A DNA stretch of 63,509 nt, filler included, from Octopus bimaculoides (Eukaryota): NCBI RefSeq assembly GCF_001194135.2. It is 3 parts of 3 records of this genome, joined end to end, with 100 filler letters (N's around TTAATTAATTAA, not from the genome) between each part and the next. Parts side by side here need not be neighbours in the genome. Positions count along the whole stretch, not along the records: positions 1 to 13,003 come from NW_026306484.1; 2 more parts are not named here. The stretch is one strand, 5' to 3'. The stretch's first letter is position 1. Every line of letters starts with the position of its first letter. Shown in pieces: positions 1 to 10,535 of the stretch. A program made the position numbers and the translations under genes. Under the pieces are notes generated by a model. It was not told the origin of the DNA, made no database searches, and saw only the letters and a list, made by a program, of their open reading frames with translations.

Positions 1-66
<66 letters not shown>

Positions 67-85
67 TGTTTGTGGTTTTTTTTTC

Positions 86-275
86 TTAAATACTGTCCTC
101 ACCAGATGTGAAGTGGTAACCCATGTAAAGCTGGTTGTCGAACGATTGCTCGCCCTTCCTGATCGGCTGTGGCGTGAGTTCCGTCTCTGATTCGGGCCTC
201 GGGGTACTGCTATGGTCAGGTGATACGGGAACTGGATGTCCGATGTTCACAATTGGGCACAGCTTTTTGGCACGC
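86..275 (-). CDS. Cytoplasmic-tail exon (terminal if TAA at 88-86 is used)
   Basis: Strong acceptor TCTTTCGCTCCCAG|G; phase 2 matches the TM exon. Encodes (R)RAKKLCPIVNIGHPVPVSPDHSSTPRPESETELTPQPIRKGEQSFDNQLYMGYHFTSGEDSI*. A possible internal donor G|GTGAGG at 103/102 makes the 3' end uncertain. Confidence 0.85.
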
Positions 276-399
276 CTGGGAGCGAAAGAGAAAGAGTGAG
301 AGAGAGAGAGAGAGACAAAAGCAAGAAAAAGAGAGAGAGCAAGCACATAACAAGAACATGGAACAATTTTGTATCATTATCCCAGTTGTTGTTGTTATT

Positions 400-1010
400 T
401 GTGTTTGACGTCTGTTTGACGTGCGTTTGATGAATGCTTAGTGTGTTTTACTTGTTGTTTGATGCATGTTTGTGTGTTTGATGTGTGTTTAGTGTATATT
501 CTTTGTTGTTTGAAATATGTTTGATAGATGCTTGATGTTTGTTTGATATATGTTTTATGAGTGCATAGTGTGTGTTCTTTGTTGCTTGATGTGTGTTTGA
601 TGTCTGTTTGATATATGTTTGATGTGTGCTTAGTGTGCGTTTTTTGTTGTTTGATCTATGTTTGATGTACATTCAATATGTGTTTGATGTGTTTGGTGTA
701 TGTTTTATGAGTACTGATGTGCTTGATGTACATTCAATATGTGTTTGATGTAAGTTCGATGTGTGTTTCATGTATGCTCACTATGTTTGATGTGTTTGGT
801 GTATGTTCGATGTGTGTTCGATACATGTTTGATGTGTTTGATGTATATTCGATGTGTGTTTGATGTGTATCCAGTAAGTGTTTGACATGTCTTTTGGTGT
901 GAAGTGATGTATGCTTGATGCATATTCGATGTTTGTTGGATGTGTGTTTGATGTATGCTCAATGCATATTACACACATGTTTGATGTTGCTTCATATGTG
1001 TGTTTTACTG
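400..1010. repeat. Degenerate TGTGTTTGA-type minisatellite
   Basis: Recurrent tgtgtttgat/atgtttgat units. The His/Thr/Gln-rich ORFs here are a by-product. Confidence 0.8.
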
Positions 1011-1339
1011 TGAACCCTTGCTGATTTGAATGACATGCTTAATGGCTGTTGTGATGCAGATAATATTGTCTGATATTATTTTGTTTGATGTCATCTGCCT
1101 GATGTGTAGTGGACTTCATGCTGTCGATGCGTGAGCGAGGCGTCTGACATCATAATTTCAAGGTGTAACAATGACACCTCACAAAATATGTATCGTTTAA
1201 TATTAAAATTGGGTTTGGAAGGTGGGTCTGTAGCAGTAGCATTGCAGCAGAGTCGCAGTAGCGTTGCAGCGGTGTTGCAGTTGTATTGCAGGAGCAACAG
1301 CAGTTCAGCAGTAGCATTAGCATTGCAGCAGCATCAGAA

Positions 1340-1356
1340 CAAAAAGTAGTAGTAGC

Positions 1357-1405
<49 letters not shown>

Positions 1406-1456
1406 ATGGTGATGATAGTAGTAGCAACATCAGCAGCAGCAGTAGTAGTAGTAGCA

Positions 1457-1525
<69 letters not shown>

Positions 1526-1622
1526 ATGGTGATGATAGTAGTAGCAACATCAGCAGCAGCAGCAACAGTAGCAGTAGTAGTAGTAGTAGTAGTAGNNNNN
1601 NNNNNCAAAAAGTAGTAGTAGC

Positions 1623-1671
<49 letters not shown>

Positions 1672-1750
1672 ATGGTGATGATAGTAGTAGCAACAGCAGC
1701 AACATCATCAGCAGCAGTAGCAGTAGCAGTAGTAGTAGTAGTAGTAGTAC
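1340..1750. repeat. (AGT)n-based compound minisatellite, about 3-4 units
   Basis: The unit (AGT)n-AATGGTGATGATAGTAGTAGCAACA-(GCA)n recurs near 1400, 1520 and 1670; a 10-N gap lies inside. Confidence 0.85.
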
Positions 1751-2098
1751 ATCCAGGCATTATTGGACTTTGGGCTAAGGGCACACCATGTGACTCCCAA
1801 AAATAAGCAAATTTCTGAGAATGGCATATTTATGTGTGTGTGTATCTTTCTACCTCTCANNNNNNNNNNNNNNNNNNNNNNNNNNNNNNNNNNNNNNNNN
1901 NNNNNNNNNNNNNNNNNNNNNNNNNNNNNNNNNNNNNNNNNNNNNNNNNNNNNNNNNNNNNNNNNNNNNNNNNNNNNNNNNNNNNNNNNNNNNNNNNNNN
2001 NNNNNNNNNNNNNNNNNNNNNNNNNNNNNNNNNNNNNNNNNNNNNNNNNNNNNNNNNNNNNNNNNNNNNNNNNNNNNNNNNNNNNNNNNNNNNNNNNN

Positions 2099-2403
2099 AA
2101 CTGCAGGAACTCTACCAAATCAGATTGGAACCTGGTGCTGCCATCTGATTCGCCAGTCCTCAGTCAAATCGTCCAACCCATGCTAGCATGGAAAGCGGAC
2201 GTTAAACGATGATGATGATGATATATATATAAACTACACTCTTGGAGTGGTTGGCGTTAGGAAGGGCATCCAGCTGTAGAAACTCTGCCAAATCAGATTG
2301 GAACCTGGTGCAGCCATCCGGTTTCACCAGTCCTCAGTCAAATCGTCCAACCCATGCTAGCATGGAAAGCAGACGTTAAACGATGATGATGATGATGATG
2401 ATG
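2099..2403 (+). mobile_element. Two tandem copies of a retroposon 3' tail ending in (GAT)n
   Basis: AAATCAGATTGGAACCTGGTG...CCAACCCATGCTAGCATGGAAAGC.GACGTTAAACGATGATG at 2099-2221 and 2243-2403. A related tail is at 7303-7450. Confidence 0.7.
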
Positions 2404-2438
2404 TGCCGATAGTAGAAAGGATTATTAAACTGGTATCT

Positions 2439-2661
2439 AAGGCGTTGAGCTGGCAGAAACATTAACATGCCGGGAGAAATGTTTAGCGGAATCTCGTCTG
2501 TTGTTACATTCTGAGTTCAAATTGTGCCGAGGTCGACTTTGCCTTTCATCCTTTTGAGGTCGATAAAAAAAGCACCAGTTATGCGCTGGGGTCAATGTAA
2601 TTGACTTAAGTCCCTTCCCCCAAGATTTGAGGCATTGTGCTTCCAGTTGAAAGGATTTATT
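2439..2661 (+). mobile_element. tRNA-derived SINE family A (Nin/Deu-domain-like core)
   Basis: AAGGCG..GAGCTGGCAGAA head, GAGTTCAAAT box-B-like motif and GTCGACTTTGCCTTTCATCCTT core; many copies in the window. Confidence 0.85.
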
Positions 2662-2727
2662 AAAGTTGTAAAAGTGTGACACACAGACATTCATATATAT
2701 TATATTAGATACAATCTGAAATACCCA

Positions 2728-3006
2728 GTGATCTAAACTAAATCTTTCAATCAAAATTTCATGTTAATTTATGTTTAGCTTATGTTAATTTATGTTCCAA
2801 ACACCAGCTTAATAACGACAAATTATTTTACTAAATTCTTCATTATTTTCAGAATTAATTGAAACAAATCAGTACAAATATGGTAACTAAAGGGTTCAAG
2901 TGATCTAAATTAAAACTTTCAATTAAAATTTCTTGTTAATTTATGTCCTGAGCATCAGCTTTTGAAAGGACAAATTATTTTACTAAATACTTCATTATTT
3001 TCAAAA
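2728..3006. repeat. Tandem duplication of about 170 bp, possibly a DNA-transposon end
   Basis: AGTGATCTAAA..AAATTTC.TGTTAATTTATG...GACAAATTATTTTACTAAAT.CTTCATTATTTTCA occurs twice. The first copy ends AAAGGGTTCAA, resembling a piggyBac-type AGGG/TTAA end. Confidence 0.6.
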
Positions 3007-3334
3007 TATCTTCAAAAGGTAGTATATACAGGCAGAAATTTGATAACAAAAGAATTATGACATAATTAGAGAAACGAAGTAGCTGATGAAAATATATTAG
3101 CAACTAATTAATGGCTAAGAGATGAATCCAAAAGAGATTAACAGGCAATTACCAACGATGACAGCCATTCTAAGATAATTTAATTAGCACATCCAACCCG
3201 GCTGTGCTGTTTTGACTGCCATAGGCAGCGATAATTCGCCAGAGAAGTCATTACACAATGGCATATGAAAGTTCGTCAACACCAGGAGATGTAATTGTTG
3301 CATCACGTAATTTCAGAGTAATTTGCACTTTTAA

Positions 3335-3440
3335 AAGTACAATTCTATAAAACACTCACAACGCCCGGTCTGGGAATCGAAACCGCGATCCTATGACCAC
3401 GAGTCCGCTGCCCTAACCACTGGGCCATTGCGCCTCCACG
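3335..3440 (-). mobile_element. SINE family C, tRNA-like head fragment
   Basis: Reverse complement of GGAGGCGCAATGGCCCAGTGGTTAGGGCAGCGGACTCG...TTCGATTCCCAGACCGGGCG; same head as the full copies at 32589 and 35474. Confidence 0.85.
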
Positions 3441-3477
3441 CGGCAATAGAAGAGACTAAAATGACATTTTTACTTAC

Positions 3478-3575
3478 CGCCGGAGTATCATGATGGCCAC
3501 CAGGACAACAAACACTACAAACATGGTAACTATGACAACCAAAAGGATGATGTACCAGTAAGATTGAGCCCAATT
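3478..3575 (-). CDS. Transmembrane exon
   Basis: Acceptor TTTATTTCCAG|AAT, donor CG|GTAAGT. 98 nt, phase 0-2. Encodes NWAQSYWYIILLVVIVTMFVVFVVLVAIMILR(R): a hydrophobic helix followed by basic stop-transfer residues. Confidence 0.93.
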
Positions 3576-3614
3576 CTGGAAATAAAGATGATATGTTTGT
3601 TTGTATTATATATT

Positions 3615-3833
3615 TTTTTTCTACTCTAGGCACAAGGCTCGAAATTTTTAGCAGGCGCGGGGGGGGGGGGGGGGCAATCGATTAGATCGACTCCAATACG
3701 CAACTGGTACTTAATTTATCGACCCCTGAAAGGATAAAAGGCAAAGTCGACCTCGACAGAATTTGAACTCAGAACGTAACGACAGACAAAATACTGCTAA
3801 GCATGCTAACGTCTCTGCCAGCTCGCCGTCTTA
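3615..3833 (-). mobile_element. SINE family A
   Basis: Reverse complement of family A from head to tail. Confidence 0.85.
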
Positions 3834-3911
3834 CTGGTGCTATGTGTTGCAGAAGGGTGCATACAGACGTGTGCATAGTCATATGCAAGGTCTGATCGAT
3901 AAGTATCCGGA

Positions 3912-4144
3912 ACGGTGGGCAACTGGCAGAATCGTTAGCACACCGGGCGAAATGTTAAGCAGTATTTCGTCTGCTGTTAACGTTCTGAGTTCAAATTCCG
4001 CCGAGGTTGACTTTGCCTTTCATCCTTTTGGGGTCGATTAAATAAGTACCAGTTACGCACTGGGTCAATGTAATCGACTTAATCCCTTTATCTGTCCTTG
4101 TTTGCCCCCTCTATGTTTAGCCCCCTGTGGGCCATAAAGAAATA
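3912..4144 (+). mobile_element. SINE family A (alternative tail) with 14-bp TSD
   Basis: Flanked by GATAAGTATCCGGA (3898-3911) and GATAAATATCCGGA (4145-4158). Confidence 0.85.
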
Positions 4145-4350
4145 GATAAATATCCGGACTGTTGCCATAGCAATGAAGCTAAAGCATCCAGAGTGAAGCT
4201 GCTTGGTGTAGATTGACCTTGACCTCTGCTGTGCATGTGCACCAAGTTTTAATGTTCCAGCTCACTTCTGTTGTTTACAGCAATGCTTGGAAGGAAGGTG
4301 TGTAGCATGTGATCGTCGTATTGACCATGACAGAGAAAGTTGTCATGCCG
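4145..4350 (+). mobile_element. Mariner 5' end remnant (left part at about 3884-3911)
   Basis: Ends in ATG ACA GAG AAA GTT, a transposase-like start. GGAAGGAAGGTGTGTAG.GTGATCGTCG.ATT.ACCAT is shared with the fragment at 5425. Confidence 0.6.
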
Positions 4351-4665
4351 ATACCTGTGTGTGTGTAATATATATATGTATATATATAATAACAATAAAT
4401 GGAGCAAAACGCATATAAATAAAAGTTCCTTTAATTCCTACACATGTTTCAAAATATATGTGAGCTCTCCTTCAAAGAAGTAAGAGCTGCTGGAATTCCA
4501 TATACATTCATCTTCAGGGAATCAACATATAGAAGCAAGACAAATGCGAAATGATGAGGTAACTTACGAGCTAAGATGTGTGTGTGTGTGTGTGTGTGTA
4601 TATAATATATATGTGCATATATATGGATGTGTGTGTGTGTGTGTGTGTGTATTTCCAGGACTTAC

Positions 4666-4852
4666 CTCTGTGGGTGCGTTTTCTGGGTTTCTGTCGCCTG
4701 TTCCGAAGTGCCCCCTGTACACAGGGTAAGTCATGTCACGCTCGACAATGTAGAGAGGAATTTCTTCCCACGACGCTTGCAGATTGTCCAGCTTTGTGTC
4801 CACATCTGGAATGTCGGTCGATGCCGTTGCTAGGACACGTACAACACTGATG
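4666..4852 (-). CDS. Juxtamembrane module exon 2
   Basis: Acceptor CATTTCCAG|C, donor GAG|GTAAGT. 187 nt, phase 2-0. Encodes (D)ISVVRVLATASTDIPDVDTKLDNLQASWEEIPLYIVERDMTYPVYRGHFGTGDRNPENAPTE. Confidence 0.88.
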
Positions 4853-4987
4853 CTGGAAATGGATGAAGATGTGTAAGGTAGGGTGGTGATTTTAGTGGTT
4901 GTAGTGATAATGGGGGGGGTTGATGTAATGGTGATGGTGAAGGTGATAATGATTGGGGTGGAGGGGGTTAGTGGTGGTTGTGAGGAC

Positions 4988-5270
4988 GGGCCAGCCAAAG
5001 CCTTGTGAGTGGATTTGGTAGATGGAAACTGAAAGAAGCCCGTCGTTATGTGTGTGTGTGTGTTTGTGTTTTTGTGTTTGTTCCCCCACCATCACTTGGC
5101 AACTGATGTTGGTGTGTTTACATCTCCGTAACTTAGCGGTTCGGCAAAATACACCGATGGAATAAGTACTAGGCTTACAAAGAATAAGTTCTGGGGTCGA
5201 TTTGTATGACTATAGGTGGTGCTCCAGCATGGCTGCAGTCTATGACTGAAATAAGTAAAATAGTAAAAGA
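4988..5270 (+). mobile_element. SINE family B, 5'-truncated
   Basis: GCCTTGTGAGTGGATTTGGTAGA.GGAAACTGAAAGAAGCCCGTCG-(TG)n-...-GCTCCAGCATGG. Confidence 0.85.
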
Positions 5271-5307
5271 ATATATATATATATATATATAATATATCTA
5301 TCTATCT

Positions 5308-5338
<31 letters not shown>

Positions 5339-5419
5339 ACAGTAATAATAATTGTCTCCTATTAAGAAACAAAAAAGTTTATATAGGACGGCAAAAGAAG
5401 TGCTCAAATATAAATGAGA

Positions 5420-5575
5420 CTAGGAAGGAAGGTGTGTAGTGTGTGATCGTCGCATTAACCATAACAGAGTTATCATGGCAATACCTGCTCAGAGACCTAC
5501 GCAACGTTACTGAAAGTGTATGGAGAGGAGTGTATGAGCCGCACACAAGTGTACAATGAGTGGCCGAAAAATGTC
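5420..5575 (+). mobile_element. Decayed mariner transposase N-terminal fragment
   Basis: Translates LKVYGEECMSRTQVYNEW, matching the mariner HTH pattern VYG...SR..V.EW. Confidence 0.6.
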
Positions 5576-5648
5576 AATATTGACGAATGTTCTGTGGCCA
5601 GAGACACCCCTTACAGCTAAAAATAACTTAATAATTTGAACAACTCAC

Positions 5649-5808
5649 TCATCTTCAGCAGTCATTTTGGTCAATGCAACATCTATGTCCAAATGTTCTT
5701 TGTTCAGGCCAACCTGATGAGAAAGTAGGTCCAGCAGATCTCTCTTCACCAGGGACACATCAATGGCATCTATGTCTCCAATAAGGAAAATCTCGGCTGA
5801 GTTTGAAC
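5649..5808 (-). CDS. Juxtamembrane module exon 1
   Basis: Acceptor CTCTCTTGGCAG|GT, donor GA|GTGAGT. 160 nt, phase 1-2, open. Encodes SNSAEIFLIGDIDAIDVSLVKRDLLDLLSHQVGLNKEHLDIDVALTKMTAED. Confidence 0.88.
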
Positions 5809-6214
5809 CTGCCAAGAGAGAAGTTTGGTTGGATTACAAAAATCAGGTGATGTGTTGCATGGTGCACAAGCCACTAAGTGGTGCTGTCTGCAGATTATTT
5901 GGGGGGGGGGTTCCATTTTTTAAAAATTTTATTTGCTATTTTTTCATCAACAACATTTTTCTTCATGTTTTAAATTCACACACACACACACACGCACACA
6001 CAGACACAGACATTCATACATATAGAAACATACACAAACATTCCGATATACATACACACTAACGCATGAAAAATTCACGCACAAAAACAGCCATCAACAT
6101 ACAAATACAAGCATAATGATTCCGATCTACACACGCACATACACATACACGCACGCACACACACACACAAACACATTTGTATATTTATTTATACAGTTAG
6201 CTAGACAGATAGAC

Positions 6215-6370
<156 letters not shown>

Positions 6371-7039
6371 TAACTGATTAATAGACGAATACACACACAC
6401 ACACACACACACAGCCATAAAAAAACCTCCTTTACTCGCCATACAGACGTTCTACTACTATTAAATGACGGAATTTCTACCAAACCTTTGATCATCTATA
6501 TACAAAAGATACATTTAATGATTCTGATCTCCAGCAGCAACAACAACCACAAAGACATTAACTACAGTGGGACTGTATATTTCCTATCAAAAGCTCTTGA
6601 AACTTTTCAAGTCTGGCGAGACTAAGAAGGCAGATATCATTGCAAAGACGGCATTGTGTGAGACAGACGACAGGATGTCGGCCATCTTTGAAACATCTCG
6701 GAAAATTGCAATCGATACAGAACGGTGGGTTCAAAAGAAAGGTTTCGTCGGTGTATGACTGTTAACAGTTTGTTAAGTATCGTGTGTGTAGACGTTTAGA
6801 CACACAGACACACACACACACATGTATACAGACACACAAAAGCCAAGTTAAGCATGCGAATACATAGTCAGACACATATATTTATATAAATGTATTCTGT
6901 GCATGTATGTGTGTGTAAACTTACATGTAAGAATGTTTATACACACACGAATAATATGTACATATATATGTGTGTGTCAATATGATATATACATGATTAT
7001 ATATATATGTGCGTGTGTGTGTGTGTGTGTGTGTGTGCA

Positions 7040-7204
7040 GGACCAGCTGTGTGGTAAGTAACTTGCTTACCAGCCACATGGTTCCGGGTTCATTCCCACT
7101 GCATGGCACCTAAGGCAAGTGTCTTCTAGTATAGCCTCGGGCCGACCAAAGCCTTGTGAGTGGATCTGGTAGACGGAAACTGAAAGAAGCCCATCGTATA
7201 TATG

Positions 7205-7252
<48 letters not shown>

Positions 7253-7450
7253 TCCCCAGTATCACTTGACAACCGATGCTGGTGTGTTTGTGTCCCCGTA
7301 ACTTAGGAAGGGCATCCAGCCTTAGAAACCCTACCAAAGCAGACGACTTGAACCCGGTGCAGTCTCCAGCCTCGCCAGCTCCTTTCAAACCGTCCAACCC
7401 ATGCTAGCATGGGAAATGGACGTTAAATGATGACGACGACGACAATGATG
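7040..7450 (+). mobile_element. Chimeric SINE B head joined to a (GAT)n-type tail
   Basis: SINE B runs to CCCGTAACTTAG, then switches to TTAGGAAGGGCATCCAGC...ATGCTAGCATGG...GACGTTAAATGATGA. Confidence 0.75.
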
Positions 7451-7630
7451 GCGATTCATATATCTGAATAATCCTAATACAGTGGCCAAAGAGTTGAGGA
7501 CGGATGGCAGAGGGCAGATGGCACGACGCTATTGAGATGATACAATGTTAGACATAGCTAGGCATAAAATTCTTGGCTCGGAGGGACAGGCGTTGGGAAC
7601 ATAGTTGAATGGTAGCCAAGGTAGACTTAC

Positions 7631-7673
7631 CTGGAGGTTGTGGTGTGGATGGCAGGTACAATGACATCGGTAT
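7631..7673 (-). CDS. 43-nt exon encoding a Pro/Ser/Thr linker
   Basis: Acceptor CTTACAG|ATA, donor CCAG|GTAAGT. Phase 0-1. Encodes IPMSLYLPSTPQPP(G) and bridges the phase-0 EGF exon to the phase-1 exon at 5808. Confidence 0.85.
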
Positions 7674-7719
7674 CTGTAAGGACAGAATTTAAAACAAGGA
7701 AGAGTCAAAGACTGAAGAT

Positions 7720-8460
7720 AGATGACAAAAGATGGAAGATAAAAGATTGGTGACAAAAAAAACAAAAAAAACACCAGAAGACAGATCACATATGTCAAAA
7801 GACAGGTGACAAAAGGATAGAAGTCGAGTGACATAAGACAGAAGACAAATGGCATAAGACTGATGATAAACAAAAAAAAAAAGCAGAAGATAGATGATAG
7901 CTGACAAAAGATGGAAGATAAAAGATTGATGACATAAAGAGAAAAGAGAGAATTTAGATGACAGTAGATGACAAAAGACTGATGACAGATGATAGACTAT
8001 AGATGACAAAAAGACAAAAGAGAGAATTTAGATGACAAAAGACAGAAGATAAATGACAGAAGATACATGATGGAAGACAAAAGACAGAATTTTCATGACA
8101 GAAGATAGATGGTTGATGACGAAAGACAGAAGATAGATGACAGAAGACAAAAGGCAGAATTTTCATGACAGAAGATAGATGGTTGATGATGAAAGACAGA
8201 AGATAGATGACAGAAGACAAAAGGCAGAATTTTGATGAAGGAGATAGACGATAAAAGACAGAAACAGATGACAAAAGATAGACGATGAAAGATAGATGAT
8301 TGATGACAAATGACAGAAAATATATGACAAAAAACAGGAACGTAACAAAAGATAGAAGACAGATGACAAAAGACAAAAGATTGAAGATCAAAAACCAGAA
8401 GAATACAACAAAAGACTAAAGACAGAGCTAACAAAGGATAAAAACAGATGACTAAAGATT
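7720..8460. repeat. Purine-rich degenerate array (GATGACAAAAGACAGAAGATA-like) with a 70-bp higher-order repeat
   Basis: GAATTTT recurs at 8087, 8157 and 8227 with near-identical intervening sequence. Confidence 0.85.
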
Positions 8461-8499
8461 GAAGGAAATAGACACCTGAGAACAAAAGACGATGCTTAC

Positions 8500-9093
8500 C
8501 TCACAGGTGGGCCCTGTCCAATCTTCTGGGCAAATACATGTGAAATGTCCCTGACTGTTTAGAGTAGGGTTTTCTTGGTAACAGGTCCCATTATTTGAGC
8601 AGGCGTTCAGAACACAGGGTATCATCTTCATGTCACACAATGGGCCACCCCAACCAATGGAGCATACACACTCGTATTGATCATGCCGCTCTATACAGGT
8701 GGCGTTCTCGCTGCACTCGTTGTCCAAACAGAGATCCCGCTCGTTGCAAGTCGGGCCCGTCCAACCATGAACACACACGCACTTGAAGTCATTGACGAAA
8801 TCCAGGCAGATGGCCCCGTTCTGACACGCACCCGTTGCGCATTCATTGATGTTCGTTTCGCAGTTCTGGCCTGTGTAACCGGCAACGCATTCGCATGTGT
8901 AGCTGCCATCTGTGTCGTGGCACGTGGAGTTGTGTTCGCATGGGTTGTCGATGGAATCAAGGCATTCGTTGATCTGCACCTGGCATAATTCTCCAGTATA
9001 ACCGGTCGCACAGATGCATTTGAAATCAGCCTGCAGGTCAACACATGTCGCTGAGCCAACACAAGGGTTGCTGTCACACTCATTGATATCAAT
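8500..9093 (-). CDS. EGF-repeat membrane protein exon (5 EGFs)
   Basis: Poly-T acceptor TTTGAAG|ATT, donor GAG|GTAAGC. 594 nt, phase 0-0. Encodes IDINECDSNPC...WTGPTCE, with cbEGF motifs DINEC, QINEC and NINEC. Confidence 0.96.
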
Positions 9094-9799
9094 CTTCAAA
9101 AAAAAAAAAAAGAGACAAAGAAATTCAAAAACAGAAAGAAAGCTACATAAACGTGGCTGTATGGTAAGAAGCTAGTTTTATCACCTTTCAAGTAACTCAG
9201 AACAGGTAAAGGTAAGCTTGCCAAAGTTTAAAGCAGCTTAAATATGGAGATTAAGATTGTTTGGTATTGGATATTCATCACGTACAGTGTTCCTAGCCAA
9301 TCTAATCACCGTCACAGGAGGACAGTCGAAATAAATAAATAGACAAAAGCCTTTCACTTTTATAATATTCTCTAACCAAGTAATAACACTCAATTACAGC
9401 ATATAAATAAATAATAAATCAAAAATTGTAAAAACTACTAAAAAATATTCTCTAATGCTAATATATGGCCATAGAGATTAAAAAAGTATGGAAGACCTTA
9501 CATTTACGAGGGAGCTCTGGGCAAAATATTATTGTGCATGACCATCCTTGGGATATAAGAAATGTGTGTAAAGTTTAATGAAGATTGGTTGAGAATTGTT
9601 AGTCACTATACACACACATACTGCAATTTATATATACTAGATATAGCTGGTTTAACTATTTAGCATTCAGATTCTTCTGTCAAATGCAATGCTTAATTTA
9701 TTCACGTTGTTTTGAATTAATCATGGATTATCTTGTTGCTTTGAGATTTCAATGATGTGATCGTTTATACTCTCAAAAACACTAAAGAGCACATCTCAC

Positions 9800-10041
9800 C
9801 TCACAATCCTGTCCCTCCCAACCATCCATACATTCACAGAGGTAACCCATGTGTTGGTCAATGCAGGTGGCGTTGTTCTGACAGGGATGCGGCTGGCAGT
9901 CGTTGATGCTACTCTCACAGGTGATTCCTGCCCACCCCTCTGTACAGTTGCAATGGAATGTTCCACGGCCATCAGTGCATGTCCCATTGTTGGTACAAGG
10001 GTCAGATAAGCATTCTAATATCTCGGTCTCACAAAAATGAC
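9800..10041 (-). CDS. EGF-repeat membrane protein exon (2 EGFs)
   Basis: Acceptor TTGCCACAG|GT, donor GAG|GTGAGA. 242 nt, phase 1-0. Encodes HFCETEILECLSDPC...INDCQPHPC...GQDCE, in frame with both neighbours. Confidence 0.95.
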
Positions 10042-10352
10042 CTGTGGCAATGGAAAAAGAAAAAAAAAGGATTATATAAATATACACACATATACATACC
10101 CATTTATATCTATCTGTCTGTCTATACATACATGTATATATATATNNNNNNNNNNNNNNNNNNNNNNNNNNNNNNNNNNNNNNNNNNNNNNNNNNNNNNN
10201 NNNNNNNNNNNNNNNNNNNNNNNNNNNNNNNNNNNNNNNNNNNNNNNNNNNNNNNNNNNNNNNNNNNNNNNNNNNNNNNNNNNNNNNNNNNNNNNNNNNN
10301 NNNNNNNNNNNNNNNNNNNNNNNNNNNNNNNNNNNNNNNNNNNNNNNNNNNN

Positions 10353-10500
10353 GTGTGGTAAGTAGCTTGCTTACCGACCACATAGTCCCGGGTTCAGTCC
10401 CACTGCGTGGCACCTTCGGCAAGTGTCTTCTACTATAGCCTCGGGTCGACCAAAGCCTTGTGAGTGGATTTGGTTGACGGAAACTGTAAGAAACCCGTCG

Positions 10501-10535
<35 letters not shown>

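Noticed and set aside
1150-1784. Poly-Thr, poly-Val and poly-Leu ORFs that look mucin-like
   Set aside because: They are translations of the (AGT)n minisatellite inside the last intron, with no splice sites fitting the gene frame.
3050-3320. TAATTA cluster as a homeodomain enhancer
   Set aside because: Such motifs are expected by chance in AT-rich DNA, and no conservation data are available.
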